Source of the DNA: Kiritimatiellia bacterium
Lineage (GTDB): Bacteria > Verrucomicrobiota > Kiritimatiellia > SLAD01
Direction: 5' to 3'
Assembly (NCBI GenBank): GCA_007136425.1
Contig: SLGY01000011.1
Span: 5,559 to 69,558 of the forward strand
DNA: 64,000 bases
In this document: piece after piece, positions 18,972 to 27,600 of the stretch
How positions within the stretch are numbered: the stretch's first letter is position 1
How the letters are laid out: each line of letters opens with the position of its first letter
Position numbers and translations under genes: made by a program
Notes under the pieces: generated by a model
Seen by the model: the letters and a program-made list of their open reading frames with translations, nothing else
What the model was told of the DNA's origin: nothing
Database searches by the model: none

Positions 18972-19832
18972 TCAATCATAAAACAACGTCGCCCAGCGGC
19001 GTTCGGCAATGAGCCGCTTCTTCAGCGTCTGCCATTCCTCTTCGGAGCCCGCCAAAGCGACCATCAATCGGTCGAGCGTCTTTTCGAGCGAGGACAGGCC
19101 GGACACATAGATATAGGTCTTCGGATCCTGCACGAGACTCCACACTTCGAGGGCGTTGTCCATCAGCTTCTTTTCCAGGCCCGGTGGCTCGTCGAAGTGC
19201 GGGCGATCGCTCAGGGCCTCGAATGCCTTAAACGTTTCCTTGTCATAATATAGGCTGAGATCGTTCTTTTCGTCGTTCATGTAAAGCAGTTCCATGCCGG
19301 TACGTGCGCCGTAGAACAGGCGGACTTTGCCTTTCCATTCTTTCCGCTCTTCGTAGATGTGTTTCATGAAGGCGCGGAAAGGGGCAATGCCGGTCCCAAT
19401 ACCGATCATCAACAGGTTGCAGGTGTTGTCTTTGGGCGCTTGGAACTGCCGGCCGTACGGGCCCGTGATCTTGATGACGTCTCCGGGTTTCCGGTCGCAC
19501 AGGTAGTTGGAGGCCACGCCGGGATGCCGTTCGCCGCTGACCTCGTCGATGTAGAAACAGCGTCGCACGCAGATGGCGATTTCCGCCAAATCGCCGTCCT
19601 CGCCCGTGCGTGAGTTGGCAATAGAGTAGAGGCGCAGGTGATGTTCATTGCCGAAGTCTTCGCCCGGCGGGGCGAGGACGCCGATGCTTTGCCCTTCCAC
19701 ATAATTGAAAGTCGCATCCTGAATGCTCAATACGAGATGGCGCACTTCGTCCGCATTCGCGGGCGTGATCCGTTCGTTGCTTTCCACGGTGGCTTCGTAG
19801 GGATTGCTGATATCGTATTCGGTGACTTTCAT
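18972..19832 (-). CDS. Ferredoxin-NADP(+) reductase, plant-type FNR family, paralogue 1
   Basis: EGQSIGV, RLYSIAN, CVRR, GVASNYLCD, TGPYG, GTGIAPFRAF, LFYGAR. Confidence 0.88.
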   Translation of the reverse strand: MKVTEYDISNPYEATVESNERITPANADEVRHLVLSIQDATFNYVEGQSIGVLAPPGEDFGNEHHLRLYSIANSRTGEDGDLAEIAICVRRCFYIDEVSGERHPGVASNYLCDRKPGDVIKITGPYGRQFQAPKDNTCNLLMIGIGTGIAPFRAFMKHIYEERKEWKGKVRLFYGARTGMELLYMNDEKNDLSLYYDKETFKAFEALSDRPHFDEPPGLEKKLMDNALEVWSLVQDPKTYIYVSGLSSLEKTLDRLMVALAGSEEEWQTLKKRLIAERRWATLFYD

Positions 19833-19901
19833 GGTCGTTCTCCTGTTCTTGGTCAGGTTTCAGGTATTAGGTTTTTTTGCTTCACTTAGAAACTGCTATT
19901 T

Positions 19902-19996
19902 CCACCACCCGCTGCGCTGGAGGACACGGAGCAGGCGGAGGGGATATAATTCCATCATGTCTTACCTCCGTGATCCTCAGTGCCCTCCGTGGTAAG
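19902..19996. repeat. Inverted pair of degenerate 9-bp-period (CACGGAG-type) repeats
   Basis: ggaggacacggagcaggcggagg ... cctccgtgatcctcagtgccctccgtggt. Confidence 0.55.
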
Positions 19997-20200
19997 ACTT
20001 CTTGGGTTGCGGCTATGCCGCGCTGCGAAATCCGTGGTGTCCTTCTCCTCGCACGCACAGCCCAAGCCGCAGCCGAAGCATTCCCGGGCCGGGCCGAATT
20101 CCGGGTGGCGCGCGGCAAAGCGTCTCGCAAGGCGTTGTACGCCAATCCAACCGGACATTACCAGTAATATCAGGGTCATGGCGATCAGGTACGTGCTCAT
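19955..20200 (-). CDS. Small membrane-anchored Cys-rich protein downstream of rnfA
   Basis: N-terminal TM helix, then RHPEFGPARECFGCGLGCAC; ATG directly abuts the rnfA stop. Confidence 0.7.
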   Translation of the reverse strand: MSTYLIAMTLILLVMSGWIGVQRLARRFAARHPEFGPARECFGCGLGCACEEKDTTDFAARHSRNPRSLTTEGTEDHGGKT

Positions 20201-20782
20201 TTATCCTCCCAACCCCGCAAACCCCATGAAGGCCAACGACAGCAAGCCGGCGAGCATGAAGGAGATGGCCGCGCTGGTACAGGCGTCGGGCACGGAGGCC
20301 AATTCGAGTTTCTCGCGCAGACCCGCCATGAGCACGAGTGCCAGCATGAAGCCCGCTCCCGCGCCGAGGCTGTAGGCGAGGCTTTGCACGAAGTTGTATT
20401 CATTGAAAGTCTGGAACAAGGCCATGCCGAGGATGGCGCAGTTGGTCGTAATGAGCGGCAGATAGATGCCCAGCATTCGGAACAGCGTGGGACTGAGTTT
20501 CTTGACCGTCATTTCAACCAATTGTACGGCGGACGCAATGACGGCAATATAGCAAATGAGCCGCAGATACTCAATTTCAAAGTGTACCAGCAGGATGTTG
20601 ATGCCATAGGCGCAGAGGGAAGCGACGAGCATGACGAAGATCACGGCCAAACCCATGGGCACAGCGGTCTTGATCTTGGCGGAGACGCCGAGAAACGGGC
20701 ACAGTCCGAGAAATAGCGCCAGCACGAAGTTGTTGATCAGGAACGCGTGCAGGAACAGAAAGGCGGGTGATTCAGGCGACAT
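20201..20782 (-). CDS. rnfA: Rnf complex subunit A
   Basis: NNFVLALFLGLCPFLGVS, LGIYLPLITTNCAILG, LSLAFMGFAG. Confidence 0.95.
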   Translation of the reverse strand: MSPESPAFLFLHAFLINNFVLALFLGLCPFLGVSAKIKTAVPMGLAVIFVMLVASLCAYGINILLVHFEIEYLRLICYIAVIASAVQLVEMTVKKLSPTLFRMLGIYLPLITTNCAILGMALFQTFNEYNFVQSLAYSLGAGAGFMLALVLMAGLREKLELASVPDACTSAAISFMLAGLLSLAFMGFAGLGG

Positions 20783-21419
20783 GCGCGACCTCCTTTCGTT
20801 GTTCCTTGCGGCGCCGTATTGCGGCGAACAGGACCAGCCAGAGCGAAAGCACAATGAATCCGCCCGGCGGCAGAATGAATACGGCCCAAGGCTGGAAATC
20901 CGGGCCGAAAAGCGGGATGCCGAAAAACGTGCCGAAGCCGAGTATCTCGCGTATGGCGCCGACCAGGAAGAGGGCGAGCGTAAACCCGGCGCCCATTCCG
21001 ATCGAATTGATGATCGTCGTGATGACCCGATTCTTGGATGCGTAGGCCTCGGCCCGGCCGAGGATCATGCAGTTGACGACGATCAACTGAATGAATGCGC
21101 CCAGCGCATTATACAGTTCAAGGCTCAAGGCATGGATCGTGTAGTCAACGATCGTGACGAAAGTGGCGATGATGATGATATAGGACGCGATACGCACCTG
21201 TTTGGGAATCAGGTGGCGCAGGACCGAGATGAGCGTGGTTGAACCAAGGAGCACGACCGTGCTTGCGAGTCCCATCGCCAGTGCGTTAAGCGCGGTGTTG
21301 CTCACCGCCAAGGCGGGGCAGAGGCCCAGCAACGCAATGAAGACCGGATTCTCTTTCCAGACGCCTTCCTTCAAGGTGTCCATCGTCGGTGGCGACAATT
21401 GTTTCGCGTCGCGCGGCAT
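20772..21419 (-). CDS. rnfE: Rnf complex subunit E
   Basis: GVWKENPVF..LGLCPALAVS, LIVVNCMILGRAEA, ILPPGGF. Confidence 0.95.
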   Translation of the reverse strand: MPRDAKQLSPPTMDTLKEGVWKENPVFIALLGLCPALAVSNTALNALAMGLASTVVLLGSTTLISVLRHLIPKQVRIASYIIIIATFVTIVDYTIHALSLELYNALGAFIQLIVVNCMILGRAEAYASKNRVITTIINSIGMGAGFTLALFLVGAIREILGFGTFFGIPLFGPDFQPWAVFILPPGGFIVLSLWLVLFAAIRRRKEQRKEVAHVA

Positions 21420-22132
21420 CAGGAGACCTCCTTTCCGGTGGTCTCGGGCGAGGGATCGGTCAGTTGCTCAAGATGACGTAGCAGGCGCGGGATCATTTCG
21501 TTGGCGCTTTCGCGCAGCGCACGGGCGACGGCTGTCGCGGTTACCGTCGCGCCGGTAATCCCGTCGATCTGCCAGTCTTCGGTTTTGGTGCCGGGCGGGA
21601 CGGTCACGATGTCATGCTTCAAGGCCGTGCCTTCTTCGTTCAGACTAACGTCCAGACAATCGAAATTAGCGAGAAAGTCGGGGTCCGTTTCAATTTTGTC
21701 TCCGAGGCCCGGTGTTTCGGAGCTTTGCAAAACGATGAATCCGATGATGCATTCCCGGCCGGGATCATAACCGTACAGCACACGCACGACATCGGCATAC
21801 CCGCGCGCCGACGCCTGCATGGCGAATCCGATGAGTTGGTCATCCTCATCGTAACCGGCGAACACATTGGCGTCGCCGACGTCTTCGTCAGCGAGTCGTT
21901 CGAGGCCCTCGTCCGTGAGTAGATAATTGACACGGTGGCTGGCGCCGGGCAGGACCTCGAATACGGCATTTTCCAGATATTCCCTGTGATTGAGAATAAT
22001 CCGTTCGAGGGTTGCCTGATAGACGAGGACTACGAAGAAACCGGATAGCATGGCGATCACGGCCAAGGTGGCGATCAACCGTCCGCTGGAAGGCATGGCC
22101 GACGCGGGCGCTATGGTGGCGTCCGTACTCAT
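21419..22132 (-). CDS. rnfG: Rnf complex subunit G
   Basis: N-terminal TM, ETPGLGDKI, FMN attachment motif DGITGATVT. Confidence 0.93.
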   Translation of the reverse strand: MSTDATIAPASAMPSSGRLIATLAVIAMLSGFFVVLVYQATLERIILNHREYLENAVFEVLPGASHRVNYLLTDEGLERLADEDVGDANVFAGYDEDDQLIGFAMQASARGYADVVRVLYGYDPGRECIIGFIVLQSSETPGLGDKIETDPDFLANFDCLDVSLNEEGTALKHDIVTVPPGTKTEDWQIDGITGATVTATAVARALRESANEMIPRLLRHLEQLTDPSPETTGKEVS

Positions 22133-23187
22133 GCGGGGGCCTTCTCCTTTTTCACGGCGCCGTAGCGGCGCGGTTGCGTGACGCGACTGATCAGGGGCGA
22201 CATGGCGTTACCGAGCAGGATGGCGTACATCACGCCTTCGTTCAGACCGCCGAAGAGCCGGATGATGACCGTCAATACGCCGATCAGCGCGCCGTAGATC
22301 CAGACGCCTTTACTTGTTTCCGGCGACGCCACCATGTCGGTGGCCATGAACACGGCGCCGAGCATCAGGCCGCCGGAAAAGAGCGTAAAGAGGGGATCGG
22401 GATAGATTTCGGGTCGGATCAGATAGAAGAGGCCGGACACCGCGGCCGCCGATCCTAGGACCCCGGCCGTAATCCGCCAGTCCATCATCTTGCGCGCAAT
22501 GAGATAGAGTCCGCAGAGAAGGATGAGCAGCGCCGAGGTTTCCCCCGCCGATCCGGACACCGTTCCCGTAAGCAGTTGCAGCGTGTCGGTGGATGTCTGT
22601 TCGAATTTCATCAAGGCCAACGGGGTGGCGCCGGTGAAACCTTCGGTCGCAACACGTGCGATCCACTCATCGACCGGAGTGGGTACGAGAAAGGGCGGGG
22701 TCAGCGTGGAAGGAATAAATTCCGTGAAGCGGCCGGGCGCCAGTGCGGGGGTCCAGGTCGTCATGGGCACGGTAAACGCGGCCTGCGCGAAGGCGCGCCC
22801 GACCAGGGCGGGGTTCATGACATTATAGCCCAGCCCGCCGAAAAACATCTTGCCGACCGCCATGCCGAAGAAACTCGCCACCGCCGCCATCCAGAGGGGA
22901 AACGATGGCGGCAGGGTCAAAGCCAGCAGGAGCCCCGTGATGACCGCGCTCCAATCATTGATCGTGCTGGCGCGTCCCGCCAGACGGCAGAAAAGATGTT
23001 CCGTGCCGACGCAGACGAGCGTGCACACGGCGAGCAGGGCCAAGGCGCTGATTCCGAATTGATACACGGCATACGCGCATACGGGCAGCAACGCATATAC
23101 GACATGGCGCATGATCATGTCCACCGACATCGGTTTGTGTAGATGCGGCGATGAACGCAATTCGGCTTTGGTACGGGGCGCCGTCAT
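22129..23187 (-). CDS. rnfD: Rnf complex subunit D
   Basis: SSPHL, DWSAVITGLLLALTLP, FGGLGYNVMNPALVGR, TGATPL, GETSA, FMATDMVASP. Confidence 0.95.
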   Translation of the reverse strand: MTAPRTKAELRSSPHLHKPMSVDMIMRHVVYALLPVCAYAVYQFGISALALLAVCTLVCVGTEHLFCRLAGRASTINDWSAVITGLLLALTLPPSFPLWMAAVASFFGMAVGKMFFGGLGYNVMNPALVGRAFAQAAFTVPMTTWTPALAPGRFTEFIPSTLTPPFLVPTPVDEWIARVATEGFTGATPLALMKFEQTSTDTLQLLTGTVSGSAGETSALLILLCGLYLIARKMMDWRITAGVLGSAAAVSGLFYLIRPEIYPDPLFTLFSGGLMLGAVFMATDMVASPETSKGVWIYGALIGVLTVIIRLFGGLNEGVMYAILLGNAMSPLISRVTQPRRYGAVKKEKAPA

Positions 23188-24554
23188 TTTTCCGCCGCCT
23201 TCGATTTGAGGTCGCGGTTCATGGCTTTGGACACGCGAAAGTATTGGACGAGCGGTATGCCCGCCGGACAGACATAACTGCAACAGCCGCATTCAAAACA
23301 GTCGAACAGATGGTAGTCTTCCATTTCCTCATAGCGTCGCTTGACCGCGAGTTTACCGAGTTGGCAGGGATTCAGGTACAGCGGGCAGGCTTCCACGCAT
23401 TTACCGCAACTGATGCAGGGATAGACTTGCGGAATGCTCTGTTCCTGTACGTCTTCCGGACGCAACACCAGAAAACCGCCGCAACCTTTGGTAATGGGCA
23501 CATCCAGGGAGGAGACGGTTTCGCCCATCATGGGGCCGCCCGTGATCAGGTATTGGGAAGACCCGCGAAAGCCGAGTCGTTCGAGGATGAAACGCAGGGG
23601 GGTCCCGATGGCCACGAGATAATTCCCGGGTTTTTCGATGCCGGGGCCTGTAACCGTGACGACGCGTTCGATCACGCCGCGTTGCCAAGGTAGCAGGGCG
23701 CCGATCTGGACGGTTGTCGCCACGTTATACACGCCCAGACCGACGGCGGAAGGATAGCCGCCGGACGGGATCTCGCGATTGACCAGCGCCTTGGCGAGCA
23801 TCTTTTCCGCGCCTTGTGGGTATTTGGTGGGCACGACTTTCACGGTGATAGAGCCGTCCTTCGGCAAGACGCGGCGAATCGCTTCCGCGGCGTCCTGCTT
23901 GTTGTCTTCCGTACCGATGATGGCCCGTTCGGCTTGCATGGCGCGCATGAGAATCTGCGTGCCCTTCACCAGTTGTTCCGGTTGTTCGATCATCAGCCGG
24001 TGGTCCGTTGTCAGATAGGGCTCGCATTCGCAGCCGTTGATGAGAATCGTGTCCACATTGTGTTCGGGGGGCGGCGACAGCTTTACGTGAGTGGGAAACG
24101 CCGCGCCGCCAAGGCCCACCAACCCGGCGTCCTGCACCGCCCGAATAATATCCTCGGGGGACATAGTGTCGATGTCGCGCGGCGCTCCGTATCGCATTTC
24201 CTGTGATTCGCCCGGATGCACGGCGAGGATGATCGCGGGTTTGCGCGGACCCTTGGCTGTCGGGATCAGTTCAATCTTTTTGATTACTCCAGTGGCGGGG
24301 GCATGCAACGGCACGGACATGAACCCATCGGCCCGGGCGATCGGTTCGCCGCGGACGACTTCCTGTCCCGGATACACCAGGGGGACGGATGGTTTCCCCG
24401 CATGCTGTGAGAGCAGCAAGTTCAGTTCCCGCGGAAAAGGAAACCGTTGAATCGGTTTCCCCGCGGTATAATGTTTGTTCTCTTCCGGATGCACACCGTG
24501 CGCGAACGTGCCGCCGCGGAGGAATGGGGGAATGGCATGTGTGATGGCGGACAT
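23184..24554 (-). CDS. rnfC: Rnf complex subunit C
   Basis: GVHPEENK, GLGGAAFPTHVK, NGCECEPYLT, YPQGAEK, GGPMMG, CISCGKCVEACP, CFECGCCSYVCP. Confidence 0.96.
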   Translation of the reverse strand: MSAITHAIPPFLRGGTFAHGVHPEENKHYTAGKPIQRFPFPRELNLLLSQHAGKPSVPLVYPGQEVVRGEPIARADGFMSVPLHAPATGVIKKIELIPTAKGPRKPAIILAVHPGESQEMRYGAPRDIDTMSPEDIIRAVQDAGLVGLGGAAFPTHVKLSPPPEHNVDTILINGCECEPYLTTDHRLMIEQPEQLVKGTQILMRAMQAERAIIGTEDNKQDAAEAIRRVLPKDGSITVKVVPTKYPQGAEKMLAKALVNREIPSGGYPSAVGLGVYNVATTVQIGALLPWQRGVIERVVTVTGPGIEKPGNYLVAIGTPLRFILERLGFRGSSQYLITGGPMMGETVSSLDVPITKGCGGFLVLRPEDVQEQSIPQVYPCISCGKCVEACPLYLNPCQLGKLAVKRRYEEMEDYHLFDCFECGCCSYVCPAGIPLVQYFRVSKAMNRDLKSKAAEK

Positions 24555-24618
24555 GGTTATGGCGATCCCGTTACAGCCCTTTCCGTGTTGTAGTTGAACC
24601 GAACACTGAACACGCCTC

Positions 24619-27600
24619 CTACTGGAACTTCTCCGCCCGTTTGATCAGTTTATCGAGGTTCTTCTCGTTCGGGTCCGGCGGTGTGCCGGGATGAATGCAT
24701 TGTCCCGTGCATTTTTCCGCCGACCGCACAATGTCTTTGAACGGACCGCCCTTGGGATCCTTCACGTACGCCTTTTTCTCGTCGTCGTACGCAAAGATCT
24801 TCGGGTTGATGTTCACGCATTCGTCGCACGACGTGCATTCGTTCCGATCGATCCAGACGGGTTCGTAACCCGCCTCAGGCGCTTTTCCCTCCGGCCCTCC
24901 TGCAGGTGCGGCTCCGTCGCCGGTCGGCGCGGAGACGAGATCTTTCAACGCGCCCGCGTCGCTTTCCCCGCCCAGCATGGCCATGAGACCGGATGCCAAT
25001 TTCTGGGCCGTCTCGGCACGGACCTGTTTGGCGATTTGATCGGGATCAACTTTCTGCATCAGGCCCGCCAAGGACTTGATAGTGCGCCAGAAATCGCGCC
25101 GCTCTTCGGTTGCGCGCACCAGTTCTTCGGCTACGAGCACGCGGATGAGTCGGTTCTTCTTGTTGACCCCCCAGACATAAGGGAACAGGCCTTCCCGTTC
25201 GTCTTCCGGCATCTCGACGAATTCGGCTATCGGCACCATATTCTCATTCCACGTGTCCTGCGGCGCCACGCGGAAATGTTTCCGGAATCGGCCTTCGCCG
25301 ACGGCGAAATCGGCGAACGTCATGGGCAGTTCCATGTGTTGCGCGTTTCCGTCCTCGTCCTCGTAATTCAGTGTATATACCGGCCAATCGTCGTCGATCG
25401 CCGGATTGCCTTCGAGATCGAGACTGTCTTCCCAGGTTTCGCCTGCGTCGGGATCGAAACGGAGTATCGGATAGGCCCGCGATTCCAGCGCCATCTTGCT
25501 GCGCGCAAAGGACGCATCGTCGCCCACGGCGTGTTCCGGTTGACACACGGAGTACACGTTGAACAGGGCGGGCCGGCGACTGTTGATGCCGTCGATGAAG
25601 CCCTCGATCATGTGGGTATAATTCGCAAGATTGGCCTGATGAATGAAAGCCGTGCGATGTGCCGCCCCGATCAGGCTGATCTCCTTGCGGGTTTCCGTCT
25701 TGCCGTGCCAGGCCTTGCCGTACGGCGCCATGTCCGATACCTGACCGATAAAGCCCGACGTACAGGCTTGCCCGCCGGTGTTCGAATAGACCTGGGTGTC
25801 CAGCACGAGGATCTTCACGGGCCGTCCCGACATCAACGCCCGGGAAAGGTTCTGGAAGCCGATGTCGTACATCGCCCCGTCGCCGCCCACGGCGACAACC
25901 GGGGGACAGAGCCGGAATTCCTCGTCGGTGAAATCATTCCAGTTGAAGTACGTCAGGGATTCCCGCACTTTCTCCATCTTTCCGTCGCCCTCGAGTTCTG
26001 CTTCCGCCATGCGTATGGCCTTGAACCCGTCCGCCATCTTGACCATATGCCCCTCGAAGACCCCGATAGCCACGGACGGCGCGTCCTGGAAAAGGTGATT
26101 CGTCCAAGGGAAGGGATAGGGATTGTATGGAAACGACGAACCGTACACCGAGGAACAACCCGTGGCGTTCGTGAATCCCATATTGGCGCGACCGTTGTTG
26201 GTGGCGCCGACTTCGTAATTCCATTTCAGGTCTTTTAGCTTTTGTAATAACCCGGAGACCGACGCCAGCCAGTCCTGGTCAAGCGGTGTGCCCGCCTTGC
26301 CTTCTTCCAGGGCGCCCGCCAGTTCGGCGAGTTTGAGATCGCCTTTGCGGTGCGCTTCCAGGACCTGTTGCATACGCGAAGAATCGCTGATGTCCACCGT
26401 GTCGGCGAGTTTCATCTTGATATGGCGTTCCAGGCGCTCGATGAGGTCCGTGATGTGTTCGACGTGTTTCTTCACGCGCCGTTGCATCATCGTGGTGACC
26501 GTCGCCGTGAAAATATGCAGTACGGATTTTTCGCCGCACCCGGTGCAGGCCCCGTCGCCGCAGACCATGGATTGATAGGCGGTCTTGTCCATCAAAAGGG
26601 TTTCCAGCGCGCCGATCTTCTCGTCGATATCGTCGATGCGAATGTACTCGGGCGGGGTGCTGGGCAGGTCCATCCAGTAATCCCATTCTCGCCGCAGTTC
26701 CTCAATACTTTCGGCCGTCTGGTCGACGGGGCGCAGCGCGTCGTCGTCACAGACGTCGATGCACAACATACAGCCCTTGCAGGTATAGGGGTTGACCGTA
26801 ATGGCGTAGAGGCCGCCCGTGCCTTTCTGCTGTTTTTCCTTCTGGTTATAGTACGGCTTGGTCAGGGCGAATTTGAATCCGCCCATGGATTCGCGGAACC
26901 AGCCGAATTCCGTTTCGATCGCCTGGCGATCCGTGTCCGGCGCCTCCTCGATCGTTGCGGTTATGGCTTGGTCAAGCAAAGGTCCCACATCCACGGCATT
27001 GCCGTTTGCGCCTTCGGTCGAGGCGCGTAGTTTCTTTTCCACCGTCCGGACGGCGCGGCGCAGGTGTTTCACTTCGTGGCCCGCCTTTTCGACCCGCTTA
27101 ATGGTGGTGCTGAACGCGTCGTTCACGCTGCACGCAATTCCGGGGATAGCGCTGTCCGGACATACCGTGAAACAGTCGCTGCAGGCGGTACAGTTTTCGG
27201 GGATCCAGACGGGATGCTGAAACCGGATCTGCGTCATATCCCGGTAGACGCCCGTGTTTGCCGGAATCAGGCTCATCGCATTAAACGGATCGGCCAGGTT
27301 ATCATTCGGACGGCCGCCGAGATAGAAGGAACCCGTCTGTTCCCAGAACCGATGAATATCCGTCTTGCGATCTTCGCTTGCCGGCATGCGTTTAAGCATC
27401 ATGGGCAGGTTCGATCCCTGCTTCAGGTCCTGGTTCGGGTCTTTGGCGATCTGTTTATCGGTGATCTCGGTGATCTCGTCGAAGCCGCGCCGGACCACGC
27501 GAAGATTGTCTTCCACGACCCGCGCGCCTTTGCTCCCAAATTTACTCTCAATTTGTTCCCGTATGGCGTTGAACAGCTTCTCTTCCGTCAATTTCGCCTG

